This document shows, one piece after another, positions 21,932-33,000 of a stretch of 64,000 nucleotides of DNA. The stretch is from Chloropicon primus (Eukaryota). Below the pieces are notes generated by a model, which was not told the origin of the DNA, searched no databases, and saw only the letters and a list, made by a program, of their open reading frames with translations. Made by a program: the position numbers and the translations under genes. The DNA lies in NCBI GenBank assembly GCA_023205875.1, contig CP060761.1, forward strand, positions 124,001 to 188,000. Direction: 5' to 3'. The number at the start of each line of letters is the position of its first letter. The first letter of the stretch is position 1.

Positions 21932-24118
21932 TCACGCTCTTGCTCTCGACCCCTCCGCTCTCCGCTTCGTGTCTGCGCCGCTACCCTTTTTGGATAAGGC
22001 ATTCGGGGAGGACGTTACCCCCCCAACAGTAGTGTCACCAGTAACACCCAAGGTACCAGCGATGGCAGTATTACCAGAGTCATCAGCCACGGTAAACTTG
22101 TCCGAGTCCATCGTCAAACCACCATTCAACACAGTGGCACCAGTAACAGTAGTGTCACCAGTAACACCCAAGGTACCAGCGATGGCAGTATTACCAGAGT
22201 CATCAGCCACGGTAAACTTGTCCGAGTCCATCGTCAAACCACCATTCAACACAGTGGCACCAGTAACAGTAGTAGCACCAGTAACACCCAAGGTACCAGC
22301 GATGGCAGTATTACCAGAGTCATCAGCCACGGTAAACTTGTCCGAGTCCATCGTCAAACCACCATTCAACACAGTGGCACCAGTCGTTGTCAACGTACCA
22401 GCGATGGCAGTATTACCAGAGCCATCAGCCACGGTAAACTTGTCCGAGTCCATCGTCAAACCACCATTCAACACAGTGGCACCAGTAACAGTAGTAGCAC
22501 CAGTAACACCCAAGGTACCAGCGATGGCAGTATTACCAGAGTCATCAGCCACGGTAAACTTGTCCGAGTCCATCGTCAAACCACCATTCAACACAGTGGC
22601 GCCAGTAACAGTAGTGTCACCAGTAACACCCAAGGTACCAGCGATGGCAGTATTACCAGAGTCATCAGCCACGGTAAACTTGTCCGAGTCCATCGTCAAA
22701 CCACCATTCAACACAGTGGCGCCAGTAACAGTAGTGTCACCAGTAACACCCAAGGTACCAGCGATGGCAGTATTACCAGAGTCATCAGCCACGGTAAACT
22801 TGTCCGAGTCCATCGTCAAACCACCATTCAACACAGTGGCGCCAGTAACAGTAGTGTCACCAGTAACACCCAAGGTACCAGCGATGGCAGTATTACCAGT
22901 GTCATCAGCCACGGTAAACTTGTCCGAGTCCATCGTCAAACCACCATTCAACACAGTGGCGCCAGTAACAGTAGTGTCACCAGTAACACCCAAGGTACCA
23001 GCGATGGCAGTATTACCAGAGTCATCAGCCACGGTAAACTTGTCCGAGTCCATCGTCAAACCACCATTCAACACAGTGGCACCAGTAACAGTAGTGTCAC
23101 CAGTAACACCCAAGGTACCAGCGATGGCAGTATTACCAGAGTCATCAGCCACGGTAAACTTGTCCGAGTCCATCGTCAAACCACCATTCAACACAGTGGC
23201 GCCAGTAACAGTAGTGTCACCAGTAACACCCAAGGTACCAGCGATGGCAGTATTACCAGAGTCATCAGCCACGGTAAACTTGTCCGAGTCCATCGTCAAA
23301 CCACCATTCAACACAGTGGCGCCAGTCGTTGTCAACGTACCAGCGATGGCAGTATTACCAGAGTCATCAGCCACGGTAAACTTGTCCGAGTCCATCGTCA
23401 AACCACCATTCAACACAGTGGCGCCAGTCGTTGTCAACGTACCAGCGATGGCAGTATTACCAGAGCCATCAGCCACGGTAAACTTGTCCGAGTCCATCGT
23501 CAAACCACCATTCAACACAGTGGCGCCAGTAACAGTAGTGTCACCAGTAACACCCAAGGTACCAGCGATGGCAGTATTACCAGAGTCATCAGCCATGGTA
23601 AACTTGTCCGAGTCCATCGTCAAACCACCATTCAACACAGTGGCGCCAGTAACAGTAGTGTCACCAGTAACACCCAAGGTACCAGCGATGGCAGTATTAC
23701 CAGAGTCATCAGCCACGGTAAACTTGTCCGAGTCCATCGTCAAACCACCATTCAACACAGTGGCGCCAGTAACAGTAGTGTCACCAGTAACACCCAAGGT
23801 ACCAGCGATGGCAGTATTACCAGTGTCATCAGCCACGGTAAACTTGTCCGAGTCCATCGTCAAACCACCATTCAACACAGTGGCACCAGTAACAGTAGTA
23901 GCACCAGTAACACCCAAGGTACCAGCGATGGCAGTATTACCAGAGCCATCAGCCACGGTAAACTTGTCCGAGTCCATCGTCAAACCACCATTCAACACAG
24001 TGGCGCCAGTAACAGTAGTAGCACCAGTAACACCCAAGGTACCAGCGATGGCAGTATTACCAGTGTCATCAGCCATGGTAAACTTGTCCGAGTCCATCGT
24101 CAAACCACCATTCAACAC
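21932..24118 (-). CDS. Gly/Thr-rich 40-aa repeat protein (TGATVLNGGLTMDSDKFTVADDSGNTAIAGTLGVTGDTTV)n, fibre/adhesin-like; start unresolved
   Basis: Uninterrupted 728-codon frame across the array; all unit lengths are multiples of 3; alternating hydrophobic/small residue pattern. No signal peptide or convincing start. Confidence 0.55.
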   Translation of the reverse strand: MLNGGLTMDSDKFTMADDTGNTAIAGTLGVTGATTVTGATVLNGGLTMDSDKFTVADGSGNTAIAGTLGVTGATTVTGATVLNGGLTMDSDKFTVADDTGNTAIAGTLGVTGDTTVTGATVLNGGLTMDSDKFTVADDSGNTAIAGTLGVTGDTTVTGATVLNGGLTMDSDKFTMADDSGNTAIAGTLGVTGDTTVTGATVLNGGLTMDSDKFTVADGSGNTAIAGTLTTTGATVLNGGLTMDSDKFTVADDSGNTAIAGTLTTTGATVLNGGLTMDSDKFTVADDSGNTAIAGTLGVTGDTTVTGATVLNGGLTMDSDKFTVADDSGNTAIAGTLGVTGDTTVTGATVLNGGLTMDSDKFTVADDSGNTAIAGTLGVTGDTTVTGATVLNGGLTMDSDKFTVADDTGNTAIAGTLGVTGDTTVTGATVLNGGLTMDSDKFTVADDSGNTAIAGTLGVTGDTTVTGATVLNGGLTMDSDKFTVADDSGNTAIAGTLGVTGDTTVTGATVLNGGLTMDSDKFTVADDSGNTAIAGTLGVTGATTVTGATVLNGGLTMDSDKFTVADGSGNTAIAGTLTTTGATVLNGGLTMDSDKFTVADDSGNTAIAGTLGVTGATTVTGATVLNGGLTMDSDKFTVADDSGNTAIAGTLGVTGDTTVTGATVLNGGLTMDSDKFTVADDSGNTAIAGTLGVTGDTTVGGVTSSPNALSKKGSGADTKRRAEGSRARA

Positions 24119-24130
24119 AGTGACACCAGT
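22025..24130. repeat. Tandem array of 18 near-identical units (15 x 120 bp, 3 x 102 bp)
   Basis: Units start at about 22021, 22141, 22261, 22381 (short), 22483 ... 23203, 23323 (short), 23425 (short), 23527 ... 24007. Units differ at only a few sites. Confidence 0.98.
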
Positions 24131-24442
24131 GTGCTCTGCTCCAAGGGGGCATCATCATCATCATCATCATCAAGGAGGAAGTCTTTTTGGAAGTGTTTTT
24201 TGGGGGGTGATCCGGTAGCCTTTTGGAGACACCCACGGAGAGTCCACGCTCTCTTTTTCTCTTTCTCGCTCTTTCTGTGTTGGGAACCACTCTTTAGTTT
24301 TTTACATACATATTTATTGATGCTTTCTTGCTTTTCTATGAAAAACCAGGAGGTGAACCGATCGACTCAAAATGGTTCCTCCTCCTCCTCCTCCTCCTCT
24401 TGCTTCTTGGCCGGAAGAACAGCGAAAGCGAGAAGCCATTCT

Positions 24443-25249
24443 CTACATCCAGCGCCTCTTGTCGAGCTGGTGGGACTTGGAGCAGAGGGGGACGTACACC
24501 ACACGCATAACCTCCTCGGTGGCTAGGCTTCCGTCCCCTTTCCTGTCGATGACGCAAAGGTTCTGGGTCTCGCCCTCCTGGCCGACCGGGACGACCAGCC
24601 TCCCCCCCTCGGCGAGCTGCTCGGTCAGCGCGGCGGGGACCTCGCTCGCGGCCGCACCCACGTGGATGCAGTCGTAAGGCCCCCCCACGGCGTGACCCAG
24701 CCTCCCGTCGCCAACCAGGAGCTCCAGCGCCCCGGACTCCAGGAGCGGCGCGGTTTTCGGGTCCCTCCTCGCGTTCCTCCGGCTCTCCTCCACGAGTTCG
24801 GGGATATGCTCGATCCCGGTCGCCTTGCCCCGCCTCCCGCCCACGCCCCCCCCATCCACCATGTGCGCCATGATCGCAGTGAGGTATCCGGACCCGCTCC
24901 CGACGTCCAAGCACCTGGCCCCGGGCTTCAAGTGGTCCCTCATGAGCTCCAGGCAGTAGGCGTGCATGTGCGGGGCGGATATGGTCGCCGCGGCGCCTAT
25001 CGCCTGCGGGGCGTCCACGTACGCCCTCCCCCCGTCCTTGGTGCAGTACAACCCCCTGTCCACCAGCAGCATGGCGTTCGCGACGCTCGCTGACCGCAAA
25101 ATCTCGTTCCCCCTCAGCGCCTCCACAAGGGAAGCGTTATCCTTCCCATGGCTCCTCCACGACATCCCCCTCCGTCCAGCAGTCCCTCTCCTCGCGATGC
25201 TCCAGCCCCTCGCCAGCAACAACCCAAAACCAACCCTCAACCTTCCCAT
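24443..25249 (-). CDS. PIMT: Protein-L-isoaspartate O-methyltransferase
   Basis: TISAPHMHA, LDVGSGSGYLTA, PYDCIHVGAAA, LAEGGRLVVPVG, VVYVPL. Core starts MSWRSHG at 25165; an in-frame ATG at 25249 adds a presequence-like extension. Confidence 0.93.
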   Translation of the reverse strand: MGRLRVGFGLLLARGWSIARRGTAGRRGMSWRSHGKDNASLVEALRGNEILRSASVANAMLLVDRGLYCTKDGGRAYVDAPQAIGAAATISAPHMHAYCLELMRDHLKPGARCLDVGSGSGYLTAIMAHMVDGGGVGGRRGKATGIEHIPELVEESRRNARRDPKTAPLLESGALELLVGDGRLGHAVGGPYDCIHVGAAASEVPAALTEQLAEGGRLVVPVGQEGETQNLCVIDRKGDGSLATEEVMRVVYVPLCSKSHQLDKRRWM

Positions 25250-25292
25250 CCAAAAAAAACACGACGACGACGACAAGATGACAACAACGACA

Positions 25293-25423
25293 TATTCCTC
25301 TCCTCTCCTCTCCTCTCCTCTCCTCTCCCCTCCTCTCCCCTTCTCCCTCTCATCTCCTCTCCCCTCCTGCGTTGCGTTGGTATGGCATGGTATGGTATGG
25401 TATGATATGGTATGGTATGGTAT
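25293..25423. repeat. (CTCCT)n and (TATGG)n microsatellites
   Basis: Pentanucleotide runs read directly. Confidence 0.85.
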
Positions 25424-25856
25424 GTGACTCGTGCGCTTGCGGAGGACCGGACCCGACCGGAGCGCAACACCAAGAGCCCGAACCCGATCCAGAGGCCTCC
25501 TTCCCCTTCGCCTTCCGCCTTCGCCTTCCGCCTTCGCCTTCCGCCTTCGCCTCCCTCCAATTAATTCCTTTTTTGGAGATGAGCGTCCGCTGGTGAGACG
25601 AAACGAAAGGAAACCCAAGAACGAGACGAGGACGACCGCGCAAGAGGAAGAGAGAGGAAGAGGAGCGCGCCCTGGCCCTCGCAATCGGGAGTGTCGATCC
25701 AGTGTCGATCCAGTGTCCTGTCCTGGGGGAGAGGGGGATCGACGTGGCCCAGGCCCTGAGTCGGAAAAAGGGCGTGGCGCTCTGCTCTTGAAGATCGCTC
25801 TGCTCTTCAAAGGAGAGCTCAGAACATTCACCGTCCTCCTCCGCTACGGTACGGGG

Positions 25857-28541
25857 ATGGAGAAGGAGAAGGAGAAGGAGACGTTAGGCCGCGTGTGGGA
25901 GAAGGAGAAAGAGAGGAAGGGTATGGCTTCTTCTTTTTCGTCTCCCTCTTACTCTCACTCGTCTTGCTCTCCCCTTGTCGCGGCATTGCAGGAAGCAAGG
26001 GGAATTGTACAAGCGAAGGAGGATGCCGTTTTGGGAACTTCAAAGGATCTCTCGAGCGTCAACAGCAAGGGTTCCACCACTCTACGCCCACGTGAGGGGA
26101 AGATGAACAAGCCGTTGAGAGCGAAGAAAACCTTATTCGTTTCCAAGACGATCCACCGCACTGTCCGTTCTCGAGCCGAGGCCAAAGTTCTGACAGCAAA
26201 GTCGTCTCTACACCACCAAGTCGCGTGTCCGGACCAAGACAAAGACAAAGGCTTCCACCACAGCACTGTGGTCATGTCTTGTCCCAACTCTCAAGGCTTT
26301 CTCTCTCCCCAGGAGAAAGAGCAAGAAGTGTCTTGTCACGAGGAGCCGAGGAACTCGTTGCTTGATTTGAAGTTCGGGACAGAGCAAGAGACAGAAGACA
26401 GAGCAAAGGGGAAAGCCTTGGTTGCTCCGTTGGACCAAAGGGACGACGACCTCACGCACACCGAGGACGTGCATGCCAACTGCGGTTCGATACTGTGTCA
26501 GTACGAACGACTGAGGGCCCTGACGAGTGCTGTATTGGAACGGAGGTCTGCAGCGAATACGAGGGAGGGATCTGAGGGACACCACTTTAAAGAGGGTGAG
26601 TACTCGACCAACACCACCTCAGGGTCTTTCACTTGCGAGGAGGAGGAGAGGATGGCTGCGCAACAGCCGGACAAGGTTGGGGTTGGCAAGGCAGAGGCCA
26701 AGGTGGGAGTTGCTGATGCCACGGCGGCCTCCAAGGCGGCAGCGAAGGCAGGAGCGAAGAAGAGGAAGGCGGGTGATGGCACCAGTGCCAAGGGAGGGGT
26801 GAAGAAGACGAAGCAGGCCAAGGGAAAGGCGAAGGCTGGGGTGGCCAAGAAGGACGGGAGGGGCAAGAAAGGCGCCGCGGGGTCCACGCCCCAGAAGCAG
26901 CAGCAGAGGCCGGGATCGAACGGGTCCCTCTCCTCCCAGGACCACTTTTACCCTGCTGGGTATTACGGTTATGACCCGGCCAACCCAATGTACCAACAGC
27001 CTGGTCCGGGGCCTTTCCCTTATGCGCACACGGGGTACTTCCAGCACCCAGTGTCTCCGGGCAAGGTTCACCTTTACAGGCCCGTCCCGACTTCCCCGGG
27101 GAAGCAGCACAAGCACGGGGGTGCGAGCGGCTTGGTCGGAGGGAGTCCACCGCGCCACAAGCACGGGGGGTACAGGCCACCGCACGGCCTCACACAGAGC
27201 CCGCTCAAGTCGGAGAAGGAGAGGGTTTTCGAGGCCCTGAGCCCCTTGGGGGGGACGCCGTCCTTCCTGTCCCACCCTTTCGGGTCCGTGACGTCCCCGA
27301 CGCACAAGCTGGACTCTCCGATCTTGCTTCCTGGCTTCATGGGAGAGCTGAGTCCAACCACAGGGCTGGCGTACTCTTACTTCTTCCCCTCGGAGAAGCA
27401 CGGGTCCAACCCCGGGGGGATGCCCTCCTGGCTCGGGTGGGCCTCGCCCCCAAAGGAGATGGACAAGAACATGAAGGGTCACCAGAACGGCGGGTGGGCG
27501 AACATGCATTACCCCAAGCACTACCCCTACCCGGCGGCCGCAATGGGCAAGGAGGGTGGAAAGGGGATGCCCACGGATCCATACGGTTACATGGGCCACT
27601 ACGGGCCGAGCACGAGCGCTCCAGCGGCTGCCCCTGCGCAAGCCCCCGCTCCACAGAAGCAGACGAAGAAGAAGAAGAGCAGCAGCTCGAGCAGCAAGAA
27701 GAAGGACTCGGAGGACGGAGGCAAGAAGGAGCAGAAGTCGTCCACCAAGGAGGTCGTGGAGGTAGAAAGCAAGTCAGACCAGATCGACGATGGATACAGG
27801 TGGAGGAAGTACGGCCAGAAGCTCGTCAAGGGAAACCCCTTTCCAAGGTCTTACTACAAGTGCACGCACCCGGGGTGCAACGTTAGGAAGCACGTAGAGC
27901 GTTCCCAAGCGAATCCAAAGTGCATTGTCACGACTTATGAGGGCAAGCACAACCACGAGAAGCTGAACAAGGAGCAGAGGGCCGCGGGAAGCAGGTCCGG
28001 GTCGAGCAAGAAGAGCAAGGCCAAGCAGCAGGAGGCTCAGGCCAAGCAGCAGGTCCAGGAGAGGGAGAGGGCAGCCGCCGCCGCTGCCGCTGCATCGGCT
28101 CATGCGCAGGCCCAGGAGGCTGCCAAGGCTGGCAGGAACATCCACAACCTAACTGTGGACACCTCCAACCAGATGGAAGGGGAGATCATCCACTGCCTCA
28201 CGGACCCAAACCAGATCATTGCGAGCAACGCCCACAAGGTGCACTTGCCGCCGTTCCACGACGAGAAGAACGGGAGCGCTTTTAGCCCCATCATTCTGCC
28301 CGACACGCCGAACATGGAGGTGGCCGCGATCTCGGCCTCGGCCGCAGTCTTTGCGAACATGGACCCTGCTGTTCAACTGGTTCCATCGGGTTCCCCGCCG
28401 GACTGGACGCAGCTGGACAGCGCGAGGCAAAACGCCGTGGTGTCCCAGCCCCTGGCTGTTCCCAACCTCGGGGACTTGCCTCACGGCTTGCCGACCCCAA
28501 GTCACATGCTTGTGACCACCCCAACACCCTGTGAGATCTAG
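25857..28541 (+). CDS. WRKY transcription factor (single WRKY domain); start uncertain
   Basis: [39 protein letters not shown]...TTYEGKHNH (C2H2 type), with SP-rich and K-rich regions upstream. Alternative starts at 25923 and 26652. Confidence 0.9.
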   Translation: MEKEKEKETLGRVWEKEKERKGMASSFSSPSYSHSSCSPLVAALQEARGIVQAKEDAVLGTSKDLSSVNSKGSTTLRPREGKMNKPLRAKKTLFVSKTIHRTVRSRAEAKVLTAKSSLHHQVACPDQDKDKGFHHSTVVMSCPNSQGFLSPQEKEQEVSCHEEPRNSLLDLKFGTEQETEDRAKGKALVAPLDQRDDDLTHTEDVHANCGSILCQYERLRALTSAVLERRSAANTREGSEGHHFKEGEYSTNTTSGSFTCEEEERMAAQQPDKVGVGKAEAKVGVADATAASKAAAKAGAKKRKAGDGTSAKGGVKKTKQAKGKAKAGVAKKDGRGKKGAAGSTPQKQQQRPGSNGSLSSQDHFYPAGYYGYDPANPMYQQPGPGPFPYAHTGYFQHPVSPGKVHLYRPVPTSPGKQHKHGGASGLVGGSPPRHKHGGYRPPHGLTQSPLKSEKERVFEALSPLGGTPSFLSHPFGSVTSPTHKLDSPILLPGFMGELSPTTGLAYSYFFPSEKHGSNPGGMPSWLGWASPPKEMDKNMKGHQNGGWANMHYPKHYPYPAAAMGKEGGKGMPTDPYGYMGHYGPSTSAPAAAPAQAPAPQKQTKKKKSSSSSSKKKDSEDGGKKEQKSSTKEVVEVESKSDQIDDGYRWRKYGQKLVKGNPFPRSYYKCTHPGCNVRKHVERSQANPKCIVTTYEGKHNHEKLNKEQRAAGSRSGSSKKSKAKQQEAQAKQQVQERERAAAAAAAASAHAQAQEAAKAGRNIHNLTVDTSNQMEGEIIHCLTDPNQIIASNAHKVHLPPFHDEKNGSAFSPIILPDTPNMEVAAISASAAVFANMDPAVQLVPSGSPPDWTQLDSARQNAVVSQPLAVPNLGDLPHGLPTPSHMLVTTPTPCEI

Positions 28542-28913
28542 GCCAAAAGATCCTGGGTTTGGTTTACCCTCCCTTTGCCGAGGGAGTCAACCGTTGTCAC
28601 TACTTACTGTTGTCACTACATACACGTACCGTCGGCGCTCGAGCTGACCCCTGTAACCTAAAACCTAAACTACTAAGATACAAGATTCCTGGAGCTTTGT
28701 AAAAGCCGTTTTTATCATTATAAAAAGGTCCAAGCACGACGACGTGCGAGCGCTTGGACGCACGAGACGAGAGAGCGCTCGCCCCCAGTCCCCGCCCAGC
28801 CCGCGCGCCCTTCTTCTTCATCTGGACAACAATCCAACTCTTATATTACATCATATCGGTGTTCTGTTATGTGTTTTAAAGCATCTTTCTCTTTCACTTG
28901 AATCAGGGCCTAT

Positions 28914-29675
28914 TCATCGACGAGGGGAGCGAGGAGCAAGAGTCTTTGAGATCTCTTCTACCCACGACTCGGCTTTCTCAGAGTAAATCATGGTCTCCTT
29001 TGCCCAATTGGTCTTCTCGTCTATGGTCTTGACCTTGAACTTCTTGGGTCCCGACAGGCTGACTTCCGTCCACTCGGGGTGGTACTCTAAGCTGCTCTTC
29101 ACCTCGAACGTGTGCTGGTCGAGCCAAAGCAAGCGGGAGCTGTCCGTCAGGCAAAGCACTCTTATCTTCGGGTAAAGGCCCTTGAACTTTTTCTTCACCA
29201 CAGTGCCCTTTTTCAGAACGGTCTCGCCGGGCTCGAGCACCATTTGGATCTTCTGCGCGGAGCTCATCTTGTCCCCCTGCTGGGACGTCTTAATGCGGAG
29301 GCCGGAGGGTCCAGAGTAGTCGTTCTCGGGGTGTGTTATCATGGAAGACATGGGGTCTCTCCTCTTATTGGCCTTCTCTTCCTTCTGCCTCGCCAGGGTC
29401 TTCTCCACAAGCGAGAAGGTCCCTCTCACGTCAGGTGGAACATCCAGGTCCGAGACCACATCTTGAGCCTCCGCTTCATCGATGCCGTCGTCCTCCTCCT
29501 CGAACCTCTCCGCCGCTGGGTCCTCTTGCTCCCCTCCACGGACACCATTCTTTGCCCCCACACGCTTGTTGGTCTTCCTCCTGGACAGGAAAAAGACTGC
29601 AGTGACGAGGACAACGAGTGCACTGACAGAGACCTGCCCCATAGCGTCTTGCATCAGTAGTCCTGCAGCTTCCAT
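28914..29675 (-). CDS. N-terminal membrane-anchored protein with C-terminal PDK1-type PH domain
   Basis: Hydrophobic VSVSALVVLVTAVFFL followed by SRRK. C-terminal LEPGETVLKKGTVVKK...RVLCLTDSSRLLWLD...AESWVEEISK matches the PDK1/Pkh PH pattern. Confidence 0.8.
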   Translation of the reverse strand: MEAAGLLMQDAMGQVSVSALVVLVTAVFFLSRRKTNKRVGAKNGVRGGEQEDPAAERFEEEDDGIDEAEAQDVVSDLDVPPDVRGTFSLVEKTLARQKEEKANKRRDPMSSMITHPENDYSGPSGLRIKTSQQGDKMSSAQKIQMVLEPGETVLKKGTVVKKKFKGLYPKIRVLCLTDSSRLLWLDQHTFEVKSSLEYHPEWTEVSLSGPKKFKVKTIDEKTNWAKETMIYSEKAESWVEEISKTLAPRSPRR

Positions 29676-30059
29676 TGCTCACGGAGCACCTCTCCACTCT
29701 CCGCTCTCAACCTCCTGTCCTCTTCTCCCAAGTTTTGTTGGGGCCCAAACAAGAACCTTGATTCAGGTCCTCCTCTCTCTTTCCAACTTTTGTGTTGGAA
29801 GACTTTACCTTTTCGTCGTATTCCATTAAGTAAAAGCGAGCTGGGTTAACCTTGGAGGTAACTTCTGCGGAGACCGCCAAAAACAAACTCGTGGGAGCGA
29901 ACGTGGGAGACCCTCTGAGCAATGACACGCCCGAGCCTCTGGACACCTCCTCCTCCAGAAGGCCAAGGCCAAGACATAACGGCCGCCGCTTCAAAAACTT
30001 GTGAAAAGGAAAAGATTGTGAAATGATTGATGATTGAATATTAAAAATAAGTGGCAATT

Positions 30060-33000
30060 CTAGAGATTCATGGTGGAGTTGATGGAACTGACCCACGCGT
30101 TGGCCTCGGCCGTTTCAATTATCCTTTCTTTCCCCTCAGACTTGATAATGAAGGACGAGTCGTTCTTCTTCGTGCAAGAGAGCACCCCCACGAATTCACC
30201 TTTCATTTCCGTGCCATCCATGTAAAACAACCTCGGCTTGTCGGTGAGCACGAGGACCCTCGCGTACGAGGAGAAGGAGAAGAATCCCGTAGACTTCTTC
30301 TTCACGTCTCCCTTCTTTACGATCTTCTCCCCTGGTTCCAAGAAACCGCTGCTGCCGCCTCTTGGTTGGGCTTCCGCGGTTGGCTCCTCCTGCTCCTTCT
30401 TTGGCGGCTCCCCCGCCTCCTCCTTCTTCTTTGGCGGCGCGGAAGCCATCTTCTTGAAGCCGTCGATCGCCTGGTTGATGTTTGCCATCTCCGTGTCAAA
30501 CTTCGCGAGTCTGCTCTTGTCCTCCTCCTTGAATTGCTCAGGCGTCTTGGCGTAGTTGGGCATAGCCATCCTCTTCTCGAGGTTGGCTTTCTGGTTCTGC
30601 GTCTCTTTCAGCTTCTTTGACAGCCTCTTGATCTCGCCCTCTGGGTCGACCATTCCGGTGAGAACCATGTAGACAGTGACAGCGTCATCAACGGGCGCAA
30701 CTCCGCAACCCTCTGGGATGCCCGACGCGCTCGTGACGCAATGGACCTTGCTGCTGAGTGAAAGGCTTGCGATGTACTCCGCAACACCGTCCACCTTCTT
30801 CATCGCTTCGTCGCTGCACACGAGATACACCTCTGGCTGCTGCTTCTGGCTCACCAATCCGTAGGTCGACCTCAAGCTCCTGATTCTGTTGGTGATGACC
30901 CCAGCGTATGTCATGTTCTTCTCCAGGGTGGGGTCCACGAACTCCTCAGTGCATGCTGGGTAAGGGCTGATGGTAATCGAGGGGTAGTTCTTCGCGTATG
31001 CCGCGTCCTTTGGCAGTCTCTGCCACAGCTCCTCGGTCAGGAACGGCATGAAAGGATGAAGCAGCCTGAGACCCACTTCTAAGCATGCCCACAAGGTGTC
31101 CCTCGTTTTCTTCTTGAGGGCCTCGTCGCTGGACGACATCACTGGCTTCACCAATTCGATGAAGACGTCACACAAGTCGTACTGCCAGAACGAGTAGATG
31201 GCAGAAGTCGATGAAGAAAAGTGGTACTCGTCCATGGTCTGCACAGTGGTCCTGATGGTCTGGTTCAGCCTGCTAAGAATCCACCTGCAGAACGGAGGCA
31301 AGTCATCTGGCTTGATGGAGTTTGGCGCCTTGAAGTCGTCGCCCAAGTTCATCATGCAAAACCTCAAAGCGTTGAAGAGCTTGTTGCACCAGTGCCTGTA
31401 TCCCACGACGCGCTTCACGTCCAAGTTCACATCCCTTCCCTGAGAGGTGTAGGCCACGAGAGCGAACCTCAAGGCGTCCGTGCCGCACTCCTCGATTCCA
31501 TCGGGGAAATCTTGGGACTGGCCAAGCTTTGCCTTCTCCACCTCCTTTGGATCCAAGTTGCCACCCATCAGCGTCTTGTGGAGATTCTCGAGGGTGATGC
31601 CGGAGATGACATCGAGGGGATCAATGACGTTGCCGAGCGATTTCGACATCTTTCTCCCGTGGGCGTCCCTCACCATCGCGTGCAGGAAAACCTCCTTGAA
31701 GGGCAGCACGCCCATCAGGCATCTGGACATCATCACCATTCTCGCGACCCAGAAGAACAAAATGTCATGCCCGGTCTCAAGAAGCTGGGTTGGGAAGAAG
31801 GCCTTGAGGTCGTCCGTTTCCCTGGGCCACTTGAAGGAAGAGAATGGGAAGAGGCCCGAGGAGAACCAGGTGTCGAGAACATCCTCGTCTTGGGTGAGGG
31901 TCACCTTCTTTCCAGGGAACTTAGCTTGGGCCCTTTGCATCGCTTCTTCCTCGGTCCTTCCAACGACCCATCTCTCGCCCTTCTCACTGTTTCTTCCTGG
32001 CATGCCTCCCTTCTCGCCATCTTCCCCCTCAACGTTGATGTAGTAGGCAGGGATTCTGTGTCCCCACCAAAGCTGCCTGGAGATGCACCAGTCTCTGATG
32101 TTCTCCATCCAGAAGTACCAAGTCTTCTCGTAGTCCTTTGGGATGATCTTCAAGTCGCCATTCCTCACGACGTTCACGGCGTCTGCACCCATCTCCTTAC
32201 AGTTCACCCACCACTGCGGCTTCAGCATTGGTTCGATGACGTCCTTAGATCTGGAGCACAGGCCAAGCCTCATCTCGTTGTCCTCCTTGCCCCTGAAGAG
32301 TCCCTTTTCTTCCAGGAACTCCACGATCTTCACACGGGCAACAAAGCGCTTCATGCCCTTGAACTGCCCGGTTCCGTTGTCGTTCAACAGGCCATTGTCG
32401 TCGAAAACGTTGATGAATTCCAAGTTGTGCCTCTGCCCGGTGGCAAAATCGTTTGGATCGTGCGCAGGAGTGATCTTCACGGCACCGGTTCCAAACTCCA
32501 TGTCCACCAAAATCGCGTCGGTGATGATAGGAATCTTTCTCCCATTCACGGGGTGGATCAGGAACTTTCCGTGCAGGTGCTTGTATCTCGGGTCATTGGG
32601 GTGCACTGCAACGGCAGTGTCTCCAAGCATGGTCTCGATACGAGTGGTGGCCACCACGAGCTCGCCAGAGCCGTCCTCCAAGGGGTACGCGAAGGAAGTG
32701 ATGCAGCCAAACTCGACCTGGTCCTTGTGGCCCGGCACGCTGAGCATGGTCCTCTTTGGAATGTCGATGTAATCGACCTCGATGTCCGACAGGGCGGTGT
32801 TGAGGTGGCAGCACCAGTTCACAAGCCTGGCGTCCCTGTAAATCAGGCCCTTCTCGTACATCTGGCAAAAGGCCTCCTTCACAGCGAGTTGCAGGTCCTC
32901 GTCCATGGTGAATCTCTCCCTGGTCCAGTCCACGCTCGATCCCAAGCGCCTGATCTGGTTCAGGATCGTGCTCTTCTTGTCCCTGGCGAAGGCGTGCACC

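Noticed and set aside
22025..24130. Tandem array as a CRISPR array
   Set aside because: No unique spacers, whole units repeat, lengths are multiples of 3, no cas genes, eukaryotic context.
21969..24218. 749-aa plus-strand ORF over the array
   Set aside because: Antisense shadow in the same codon register; the minus-strand peptide has the more protein-like pattern. Not formally excluded without stranded RNA data.
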